The position numbers and the translations under genes are program-made. Shown one piece after another: positions 53,544 to 64,000 of a stretch of 64,000 nucleotides of DNA; the stretch's first letter is position 1; every line of letters begins with the position of its first letter. A model generated the notes under the pieces. The model was not told the origin of the DNA. It did not search any database and saw only the letters and a list, made by a program, of their open reading frames with translations. The stretch comes from Selaginella moellendorffii (Eukaryota > Plantae > Lycopodiophyta), in contig NW_003314296.1 in NCBI RefSeq assembly GCF_000143415.4, positions 310,001 through 374,000 on the forward strand, given 5' to 3'.

Positions 53544-54032
53544 ATGGTGGCGGAAAAAGCTAGAGTTCTCGACATTCTAAATCCAAATAAATGGCATGGC
53601 TGCGTGAGATCGAGAATCCCAGCAGCAGCGTCGAGGGTCTGGAAGATCGCTAGTGATTTCTGTGGCCTCCACAAGATCATGCCTGTGGTGGATGTTTGCG
53701 ACCAGGATGGTGCTCCAGGCTGCGTGAGGTTCTACACAATGGATTTCCCGGCAAGGCTTCCTGGGGGTGAAGGAAAGCTTGGGCCAAAGACCGACTTGTA
53801 ATGACAACTTTGTGTTGTGTTCCAGGCCGAGGGAAACAACTTAAGCCTCGAGGATTGCCTTGTGAATGTCAGGCTTCGTGAAGGGATGGACAAGAGCACG
53901 ATTGTCAACTGGTCCTTTGAGGTGAGTGCTCGAAGCCTGACTACCAAAGACAAGGCACTGGGAGATCTCACGGAGCTTGCCAATGCTTACCTTAAAGGAT
54001 TAGAGATGGCAGCCATGTCTCGTAGCAACTGA
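53544..54032 (+). pseudogene. Bet v1/polyketide cyclase (lachrymatory-factor-synthase-like) gene, disrupted
   Basis: KWHGCVRSRIPAAASRVWKIASDFCGLHK..PGCVR and TIVNWSFEV. In-frame TAA TGA at 53799-53804, with the WAKDRL motif shifted into another frame. Confidence 0.75.
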
Positions 54033-56849
54033 ACGAGAAAAGGAACTAAGGGAAAAGAGAAAAAAGAATGGAAGAGGAATGTGAGTTCTTCACTTTCTAG
54101 AGAAGCTTTTAAGATTGAAACAAAGGTCACAAGGCCCAGCTTACTGAGACAGTAAACAAAGCAGGAAAGTACCATGTGTGCAATAAAAAAACAAGTATTT
54201 ACATTTCCCTCTTCAAACACAAGGAAGCTACGAAAAGAAATCATATTAAATCTCTGTAAGTATAAGAATGGCCGGGATCAATTTTCTTGCAAGTTGCAGA
54301 AAATATGAGAGCTGATGAGACCAATTGCCTTTTTTTTGAGTTGCAAACACAAAAAAAAGGAAATGCTCGGGTGCAGTGCTGGCAAGGCTCAAATGGAAAA
54401 GAATTACACATAGAGATTTCAAGTACTTGGCAGTACAACTTGCTCTTTAAAAACAACTCTATGCATTTTGAAGCAGATTTAGCATACCAACTCTTATATA
54501 TATTTTTATTTCATTTAACTTCTTCAATTCTAAAGTAAACTATAAAACCTAAACTTCAAAAGAGTGGACAGTCTTATGTAATTATGTGAAGATAAGGGTA
54601 AACCTTAACATTAAAAGTAAAGTTTTTTTTGAAAGTCCCCTCTTTTTTTATTCTCTTTTTTTTCAACAAATGCTGTAAAAAAGATAATTACCATAAAAAA
54701 CAAAGGAGAAGCCATATTTTGAACACTTATAACTTGCTCAATATATGTCTCTCCTTGTGACATGATGATAAATGTATTTAAATCCATCAAAATAAATCGT
54801 GAAAGTTAAGAGCAAGGCCAAATGGATTCCTTTCATACTCAGTTGTCCTAAATCCATGTACTAGAAATAAAGCATTTAGATAATGTGATATTTATCTCTT
54901 GATTGATTATAGAATAAAAGATTTCAATAGGAATATAATTTTTATTTAAATATCAAAGATATAGAAAATATAATATATCCAGCATAATTGTTCAATTTAA
55001 TTATTGTAAAAGTGTAGCTTGATTGGCATATTGATATATTATTAATATTATATCATGCTAGAAAGAAAAGAATATAATTTTTATTAGCTAAACTAGATAG
55101 TAATTAACTCTATGATAAGCCCAAACTCCTTGTTGACAAAGTAATTATTATTGATTGAAATTGCTTGCTCTATCAGATGTTTATGTCAAGAGTATTAATT
55201 TATAGTGGTAGTTCCTTCCACACAACAAACAATTGCACAAAAGTAAACATGACTTAAAAACAAAATAAGGACTTAGAGGGGGGGGCGGGGGGTGGGTGAT
55301 ATTGTGATATATGTTTTTTGCTAAATGTAGTAGCCTAGAGTTGTGAAAATCTTTTTTGCAAACATTATTGCCACCTTACTAGAATAAACACTAATACCTT
55401 GATGTCTATTGCACCCATGTACGAAGAGTTAGGAATGGCTACAAAGTTATTTCAAAATGGAAGTTAAGATTTTTTAAACACCATGGGTAGTAAAACAAAT
55501 CCTATCCATTAAAATAATGATAAAATAATTTGGAACATTAAAACAAGGAATGTAATTTTCTTAAAAGAAACCAAAACTAAAATTTTCAGATTTAAAATAT
55601 TATTTATGAAATAAATAATTTAATTCATCCACAACAACAACATGGTTTGCTTAGTCTTACTTATTTGTTTAAATTTCAGTTGATAAATAGTATTAAGGAA
55701 TGTAAATATTCATAATTGCACAGATGTCAAAATAATCTTTAAACTTCTTTTGCCAAAAAAAAACACAGTTTTTATTGTAAAAGCTAGTATTTATGATTCC
55801 AAAAATTAAACAAATTGAAAGTTTTTTCATAACAGAGTCACAACAATACACTTAATTGGGGAGTTAAATCTTCTTGAGAAAAACTAAAGCCACCTTTTGC
55901 AAATAAAAATTTGTGTTATTGCAAGTTAGACACAAATTAAAGTTAGAAATTTCCCTTATAATTGCATTTAATTGCCAATGGGTGACCTAAATCCATTCCC
56001 CATTTTCAAAGGTAAAGTCTTTTATCTAGGAGATAATATCACATGAAAGAAAACCATAGAAGAATGCCTCATTTAGCATCTATGTGTATCCTCATGAAAG
56101 AAGTGTAAATCTTCCTACTTTTACCTCAAATAAGTTGTCAAAAGGATTTTAGAGGCTAGAGCTAAAGCACTATTATAAGACAACTTAAAATTTTTCTACC
56201 TTTTGGCAAGCTTGGTGCCTTGCAAAAAAAAAGAAAAAGAGTTGAACTTCCAAGCAGACAGCCAAGGAGCGATAGAACAAAAATAATTCTAGAGCATCTA
56301 ATATCCTAACACCAAGTGTAGTTTCTATGAATAAAAATATCTTACAAGTAAAACACAATATAATTTTTGGATAATAGGGCAAAAAATTAAAAAAGACTTT
56401 TAACAAGTAGCACAATGAGCGAGAAAGAAGCTATTCTAGTGGAGTAGGTGAGTGTGGTGGTGTGGGCAAAAGATGTCTATGATGGCAGTGGCAAGAAATG
56501 GTGTAGCGTGGTGGGAAGCATGTTGGGGGTAACAGAGGAGCAGTATTGTGTTGGTGGGTGGGTGGGGTAGCCAGATGATGGGCAGTGGAGGCAGTAGCAA
56601 AAGGGCTAAACATTGTAAAAAATTTATTTTCAAGTCTACTTCCATTCCTTTTATAGTTTATAATTTGCATTTGCTCTCTAGAATCAAGCATTTGCCAAAG
56701 GCCTGTGAGTACTCAATTGAAATACTTGTTTGAATAAGGGCTTTCTTTGTTCAAGAATAAGCATGTATTAAGAGTGCTTCATGTTCTAGATGAGGTGAGC
56801 AATTTTCATTTGTGTTACTGTTAAGCTTCTTTGTGAAAAGGATTATCAT

Positions 56850-57061
56850 TGATGAAGAGGTAAATGTTTTATTTTGTATATCTTCCCAAGGAGATTAAAA
56901 AAAGAAATTTTAGGTGAAATGGAGTTATGTTTAAGGTTAGGCATCTAAAGAAGAAAAACCCAACCTAGGCAAAAAGTAGTTAGGAATAATTATAAAATCA
57001 TGTAGTATATAAGTAGTATTTAAACTTATTATTTGCATTGAATTAACCATTTTTTCTCTTG
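56850..57061 (+). mobile_element. 5' part of an LTR (gypsy remnant A)
   Basis: Starts TGATGAAGAGGTAAATG and is the inverted homolog of 57257-57498. Confidence 0.7.
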
Positions 57062-60000
57062 CTAAGTAAGGCTTTTTCTACTTGTACTAAAGTTCTCATC
57101 CCTACTTGTAAAACAGTGACAAACAAACAAAGACGAGAACATAAAATAAAAAGAGAATAAGAGAATAGAAGATAACTTAGTTTCGAACCCCAAAGGCATG
57201 AGTAAAGATAAGCATATATCACTCTCTCAACTCTACTTTGCACAAACAGTCATAGACAAGAGAAAAAATGGTTAATTCAATGCAAATGCATATAACAGTG
57301 AGTGGAGGTTGTTTTCCAACACGTTTAAGTGCTATTTATATATTACATGATTTTGAAACCATTCATAACTACTTCTCACCTAAATCAGATTTTTCTTCTT
57401 TGGATGCCTAAGCTTAGGTGTAATTCTATTTCGCCCAAGATTCTTTCTTCTACTTTTCCTGGGAAGATATATAAAATAAAACATTTACCTCTTCATCACT
57501 CCCCCACGATAAAGCTACTGCTTGTCCTCAGGCAGTCAGATTCTCTAAATCCTGCTCTAGGTTGCTAAGCTTGGTCTTCATAGTGACAAGCTCAACACTG
57601 CATAGATCGTCAAGTTCCTGACACATGATCTAATTCTCTTGGTCGAGCATAGCAATGTGCTAGTTTTGGTGGCTAATGCACTCTACATCGGTGGATGTGG
57701 AAGTCAGGATTGCGCTTTTGAGCTCTTGGATTATGTGGCACTGATAATTCTGCTCGCCCATGACTCCATCCACGTTTTTGGTAATTGTCTTGAGGTAGCT
57801 CAAGACTTGTACGCGGTACTTCGTAGTTTCCTCATCTTCTACCGGTTGCATTGACTCGTCAACTGGCTGCTTACCTCCCTTGATATGTTGAATGAGCTCT
57901 TCCATGAAGCTTCGAACTGCTAACTTGCTAGGCTAACTCGCAGACTTGTGCATGAAGGTGCAGCTAGCCTTGACCTTATAGTGTTGCTGCAGTGTCTATT
58001 GCTGCTGTGACTGCCTCATCTTGCTAAACTTGTCGGTCAAGGGAGTGGCGTTGTTAGATGCATAGGTGGACTAGAGAAAACTTAACTTATACTCCTCAGA
58101 TTCACCTAGACTCTCTTTTGTAACCTCATCCTCTTTGTCCTGTTGAGTTTGTTAGCCTGATCTTCTTGGCCTAAACTCACCTTATTAATTGTATCTATAA
58201 CCAATGGTTTTGCAACATCTGTAGGTGCATCATGTGTTGGATCTTGTGGCCTAAGTTCTGGAATTTCTTCCACAACTTCGGCATCTATTATTTACCTAAA
58301 CCCTAAACCGGCCTAAACACTAAATCGGTTGTCCATTTGTATATTCGTCACTTCTTTGATGCTCGGAAAAAAATGTATAAGCATCAGAGTTGTCTTTGTA
58401 GACATGGACGAGTTGCAACTTTGTTCCTAATCCAAGTGTGGCATTTTATCACCATACTTGCTACATCCAGCTTTTCTATGGTATACTCAACCACTAGATT
58501 GCTGCAGAATGAACCTTGGAGGTTTCATAGCTTGGATTTTTGGATTTACATGGAGTTTCTTTTTGAGGGGAGAATTTTCCTCACTTGAATTTGTATTGTC
58601 GGGATTCCTCGCTATCTTCCTCATAGGAGATATTGGAGGTGGTTGCTCAATGGCAAGGTGAGGCATGGTATCCACTTGAGTAGTGTAATGTTCGTGGATG
58701 CACTGCAAAAAGATGAAGACTCTTTTTTGTCTTCACTTGCCTTCCCTTGCCTACTTGTAAGGTAACATTTTTCATTTTGGCCACAAATCCATTATATGCG
58801 AAATGAAATATGTTTATTTGCCTTCTAGTTTTGATAGCTTCTGTAGCACATGTGATTATGGGATGAAATTTGGATATACTGTCACCATGGATCTTTGGAA
58901 CCTTGGGGGATAAATGAGGATAAAATAGCCACTAAGGGCTCTCTCATCAAGCAATTGCCCCTTTAAAGGGAGAGAGATAAAGTGTACTACAGTTGGTATC
59001 AGAGAAAATGGCAAGGGTTCGATTCCCATTGATTAATGGCTACTTAAAAATATAATATACCCTTAAGCAAGGTATATTCCTACCCCTAAATTTGAAATCA
59101 TATGTATTGGGCATCCATGTGTACATCCTTCCTCTTTGTGTGGAGTATCCATGGACGAAGGTATCCACTGTGGGACTTCGGTACGGGTGGATGACTAGTT
59201 GCCTCACATGGAATAGTTAATCTACACAATGGAAGGATTGGTAGATTCAGTGTGGAAATGAAGGTGCTAGTTCCCCTTGGCTCAGTAGGGGTTGTTAGTC
59301 AATAGTCAATGAGGACATTAACATCTCTAAAGGGGGGGTGAGTGTAGCACATGTGATCATGGGATGAAATTTTGATATACTGTCACCGTGAATCCTTGGA
59401 ACTTTAGGGGATAAATAAGGATAAAATAGCCACTAAGGGCTCTCTTATCAAGCAATTGCCCTTTTTCCATTTAGTTTAAGGGGAGAGAGATAAAGTGCGT
59501 TACAACTTCCAACAGATAGGTTAGCATTTTGCACAATTGTCCTTTTGTCGATAATGGCACACAACATCTTAAGCCTAATATGATAGTTAGGCTTCAAGTA
59601 AGTGAAGTTGCCTCCTCATTTGGATGTGTAGTTTGGGAGGATGTATTTTTTGGGTATGCAATCCTTCTTGCTTATCGTGATTATTTTACCCTCGTTGTTT
59701 AGGCGAAAAATCTGAGCAAACTGGGTGAGTCCAAAAGGATGGACTCACCCACCAAAAAGAAAAACATGCTCCTTTAGGTATCATTTTTGCATAAGCTCAA
59801 TCCCCTGCTTGACTAAAATTTCTCCTTTGAGCAACTTTGCATAGGCAATTAACCCAAAGGCATTAAGCCAAAATTTATCATAAGGAGAAAGCACAAACTC
59901 CCTAGACAACTTTACTTAGCCATAATTCAGTTTTTTGTTGTTAGATGAGATTTCTTCCATATACTCTTCTTGCTTAGGCATTTTTGCCATCCGTGGAGAT

Positions 60001-61200
60001 TTGTAGGCGAAACACTTAGCATTATACGACTGAAAGACAAAGTGTAGTGCCAACACAAGTGCCCAAGAGAGATTTTGCATCGATGGTGCAAGAGTGGAGT
60101 CAATAGCTTGTAGCAGTGGTGTAAGGACAAATTCACTTTGCTGAATCGAAAGTGTGCTCAACCTAATAGGTAACAACAATGGTGTTTGCTCTTGCACAGC
60201 CCTAGATGTCTTTTTTGTTGTCATACATTGCTTCGAAGCTAAGCTTGGAGTGTCAGTGCATCTTGGCAAAGGTATAGGTGTAAAGTGAGTGAGATGGAAA
60301 GAGTAGAGGAAAAAAAAAAGCTCCTTAGCCACTTCCAAATTACCTAAGTCATTTTACCTTACTACATTAGCCTTAAGATTTCTCCTTTTGCTTTTGTTTA
60401 CTTTTGTATGCAAACGTATTATGGAATTTTTTTTTCCTTGTTAACCTAGTAATCACTGCTCATTAATCCTCATGGTTTGTTAGCAGAGTTTGTAAAATGG
60501 TTCCAGAAAAATATAGACATTACTCTTAGAGTGTCTGCCCCTTTTTTTCTTTTCCTCTAAGTCTTGCATTGCTTAAAGAAAGTTTCTATAGACCATATTA
60601 ACAAGATTTTGAAGGAAAGTTTGCTTCAAGGAAAAAAAATCTGTCCAATGTATCCTTTGATTTTTTTCTTTGGAACTTCTATATAAAAAAAACACTAAGA
60701 TATATGAGGGTTTCTGTAGTATAAATACAAATCTTTCCCAAAGGACATGTATTTTCCCTCTGTTTAAAATAAACAGATATTTGTTTGAGCTTATCAGGAA
60801 AGATTACTCCTTCTATCCAATTCCACTGATCTAGCTTTATAGGGAGATAGAAAAGCTTAAAAATAAAATCTTGAGTGATCTTAATATCCCTTCCATCCAT
60901 TTTGAAAGTCAGTTTTACAATATCCCATAATTGAAGAACTAATCTGCCTTTCTATGGTTTTATAAAGTTTGATGTCGCTTTGTAAAATTTTCCTAGACCC
61001 CTTTCCTTCATCCAATTGGCCACTCTATCTATGCATTTAAGTAGTTCATCAAGATGAATCCCTACGAGGGCTTCATTCATGAGGTTATTCATAGTTTTAT
61101 ACCCTAAGATATAAATAATATTTATGTTTATATTTTCATAATATTTCCTTAAACAGTTTAAATTTACTATTGCAGTATCGTCCTCGTTTAAGGTACAAAC
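57062..61200 (-). mobile_element. Ty3/gypsy remnant B: integrase tail, extra 3' ORF region, PPT and 3' LTR (from 57498)
   Basis: On the minus strand GTGGGGGAG (PPT) is followed by TGATGAAGAGG. 58490-61200 is the reverse complement of 62010-64000 apart from the TRIM insertion. Confidence 0.75.
58842..59504 (+). mobile_element. TRIM copy 3: LTRs 58842-58991 and 59343-59504, nested in gypsy remnant B
   Basis: TG..CA LTRs, PBS TGGTATCAGAG at 58994, PPT AAAGGGGGGGTGAG and TSD GCTTC/ACTTC. Absent from the homologous right arm. Confidence 0.92.
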
Positions 61201-61219
61201 TAAATCCTATCTATCCATA

Positions 61220-62090
61220 TAAAACATTTCACAAATAGGGGTTGGATTTTGTGAGTCTTATAGTGATAACCAGTAAAAGGAACAAATACATTTTAGTCAC
61301 TATTATTTATGTGACCAAATGGGCAGAAGATATGTATATGAAACTAGCTGCTAATATTGCTAAATTCCTTTATGAAAATATCATTGTAAGATTTGGTTTG
61401 CATAAGAAAAATCATCACAGATACAGGCACCTATTTCATCAATGAAACAATAAAAAATTTTATGTAAAAATTCATCCTTAAACACAAAAAATCCATGCTT
61501 TATTACCCACAAGGGAATAGTCAGGCTGAATTTACTAACAAAGTAGATTTAGAAAATATTTTAAAGAAAATTGGAAAGAACAATAAAAAAGACTAGGATG
61601 AGAAAATCCTAGATGCTTTGTGGGTTTATAGGACTGCATATAAAGTACTTACACGCATCACACCATTTCATCTCATTTATGACAAGAAGCTTTAATGCTT
61701 ATAAAATTTATTATTCCTTCTTTGCATATTGCAATTAAAAATGGCTTAGACGAAAAAGAAGCTCTTAAGCAAAGACTATCCAAAATAAAAACTTTAGACG
61801 AGTTTAAGTTTAGAGCAATCTAGACCCTACATGCAATTCAAAAAACCAAAAAAGGTAGGCATAACAGACAATTAAAAATCTTTTGCGAGCTTAAACCAAG
61901 AGATAAAGTCCTTTGGTATCAAAACAAAATAAATGCTTTTGAAAATAAATTTGAGAAAAAATGGAATGGTCCATTTATGTTGTCTAAGATATTAGCTCCA
62001 AAAATGACTAAAATGCACACCTTAAACAAGGACAATACTGCAATAGTAAATTTAAATTGTTTAAGGAAGTATTATGAAGATATAAGCATA
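61220..62090 (+). pseudogene. Degenerate Ty3/gypsy integrase
   Basis: GLDFV..NKYILVTIIYVTKWAE, FLYENIIVRFG, IITDTGTYF, YYPQGNSQAEFTNK, ALWVYRTAYK..TPFHLIY and KWNGPF (GPF/Y motif). Stops and frameshifts. Confidence 0.9.
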
Positions 62091-64000
62091 AATATTGTTT
62101 ATATTTTAGGGTACAAAACTATGGATAACCTCGTGAATGAAGCCCTCGCAAGGATTCATTGTGATGAGCTACCTAAGTGCATAGATAAGGTGGCCAATTG
62201 GAAGTGACATCAAACTTTATAAAATTACAGGAAGGCAAATTAATTCTTCAATTATGGGATATTGTAAAATTAGTTTTCAAAATGGATGGAGGGGATATTA
62301 AGATCACTCAGGATTTTATTTCCAAGTTTTTCTATCTCCCTATAAAGTTAGATCAGTGGAATTGGATAGAAGGAGTAGTCTTTCCTAATAAGCTCAGATA
62401 GGGATCTGTTCATTTAAAACATAGGGAAAATATATATCTCTTGGGAAATATTCGTATTTATACTAGAGAAACCCTCATATATCTTAGTGCTTTCTTTGAC
62501 AGAGAAGTTCCAAAGAAAAATTTCAAGGGATACATTGGATAGATATTTTTTTCTCTAGAGCAAACATTCCTTCAAAATCTTGTTAGTGGCCTATAGAAAC
62601 TTTCTCTAGGCAATGCAAGACTTATAGAAAAAGAAAAAAGAAGGGGTAAATACTCTAAGAATAACATTATACTTTTCTTGCCCCATTTTATAAACTTTGC
62701 CAACAAACTATGAGGTTTAATGAGTAGCAATTACTAGGCCAACAAGGAAAAAATATTCCACAATATGTTTGCATACAAAATCAAACAAAGGCAAGAGGAT
62801 AAATCTTAAGGCTAATAAAATAAAGAAGAAAGATTTAGGTAATTTGGAAGTGGCTAGGGAGCTTTTTTTTCTCTCTTGCTCTTTTCCTCTCACTCACTCT
62901 ATGCCTACACCTTTGCCAAGATGCACCAACACTCCAAACTTAACTCCGAAGCAATGTACAACAGCTCAAATGCCATATAGGGCCGCATAAGAGCAAATGC
63001 CATCATTGCTGCCTACTGAGTTGAGTGCACTCTCAATTGGGTGGAGTGATTTTGTCCTCATACCACTGCCACAAGCCATCAATTCCACTCTTGCAAAAGA
63101 ATTTTTGCCATCCATAAAGATTTGTAGGCAAAACACTTAACATTAGGCGATTGGGAGATGTAGTGCAGTGCTAATGGAGGTGCCCAAGAAAGATCTTGCA
63201 TCAATGATGCAAGAGTGGAAAGGCAAAATAAGTATGTGGAGAAAATCTCATCTAGCGACAAAAAGTTGGATTATGGCTAAGTAAAGCTATCTAAGGAGTT
63301 TGTACTTTCTCTTTATGACAAATTTTGGTTTAATGCATTTGGGTTACTTACATATGCAAAATTATTTAGAAGAGAAATATCGATTGTGCAAGGGATTGAG
63401 TTTATACAGAAGTGGTACCCAAAGGAGCATGTTTTTCTTTTCTGCGGGTGAGTCTATCCCTTTAGACTCACCCAATTTGCTCAAATGTTTCGCCTAGACA
63501 ATGAGGGAAAAAGAATCACAATGAGTAAAAAGGATTATATGGCTGAACAATACGTCCTCCCAAAGTACATATCTGGACAAGGAGGCAACTTCACCTACTT
63601 TAAGCTTGATTATCATGCTAGGCTTAAGGTGTTATGTGCCATCATCGAGACTGGATGGCAAATAAACATAACTCATTTTCATTTACAATGGATTTATGGT
63701 TGAAATGAAGAATGTTACTTTACAAATAGGAAAGGGACGGCAAATGAAAATATGAGTTTTCATCTTTTTGCAACACATCTTCAAGCATTACATCGCTTAG
63801 GATCTTGCGCCTCACCTTATCATTGAGTCACCACTTGCACTATCTCCTCCGAGGGAGATAGCAAGGGATGTGGAAGTGGAGAAAAATCCCAACAATATAA
63901 ATTCAAGCGAGGAAAATTCTCCCCTCAAAAAGAAATTCCACCTAGATCCAAAAATCCAAGCTGCAAAACCTCCAGGGTTTATTCCATAGAAATCCAGTCC
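62091..64000 (+). mobile_element. Post-integrase region of gypsy remnant A with a degenerate extra ORF; runs off the right edge
   Basis: Contiguous with the integrase. Broken reading frames are shared with the inverted copy (MDG.DIKITQDFI.K.FYLPIKLDQWNWIEGV.FP). Confidence 0.7.

Noticed and set aside
55276-55298. G-rich run as a G-quadruplex or PPT
   Set aside because: No matching LTR pair or other support in the window
57031-57287. MITE with 31 bp TIRs
   Set aside because: No TSD, and the homology extends outward as two opposed LTRs.
58842-59504. Cassandra element or tRNA gene
   Set aside because: No 5S rRNA similarity in the LTRs and no cloverleaf around the B-box-like motif

Overview
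Plant nuclear DNA. The short introns, compact GC-rich genes and PLS-type PPR fragments suggest a lycophyte such as Selaginella (inference only). There are three zones. (1) About 1.0-24.4 kb is a large, decaying minus-strand Helitron with a Rep (HUH-Y2)/PIF1 helicase pseudogene and a 3' hairpin+CTAG end at 1022. Its intron-bearing cargo is a MORC/CRT1 GHKL ATPase, two different RPA70-like OB-fold genes (one broken by a 25S rRNA fragment), a SKIP16-like F-box/SMI1 gene, B3-like and Cys-rich/HMG-like pieces, and a PPR fragment. It abuts a second putative Helitron 5' end (TCTATATATAT) whose downstream sequence carries a PPR fragment and a copy of the 3' end of the G6PD gene found 30 kb away in this window. 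(2) About 30-54 kb is a host gene island: plastid G6PD, ROCK1-like nucleotide-sugar transporter, POLTERGEIST-like PP2C, EDR2-like START/DUF1336, GASA plus a pseudogene duplicate, a calmodulin variant, a MIKCc MADS-box gene and a broken Bet v1/LFS-like gene. (3) The AT-rich repeat zones at 24.5-30 kb and 54.5-64 kb hold three copies of a ~660 bp TRIM and two oppositely oriented Ty3/gypsy remnants that form large inverted repeats. The most notable observation is a Helitron carrying a diverged copy of a transposon-silencing MORC ATPase. All family calls come from motif recognition, not database searches.
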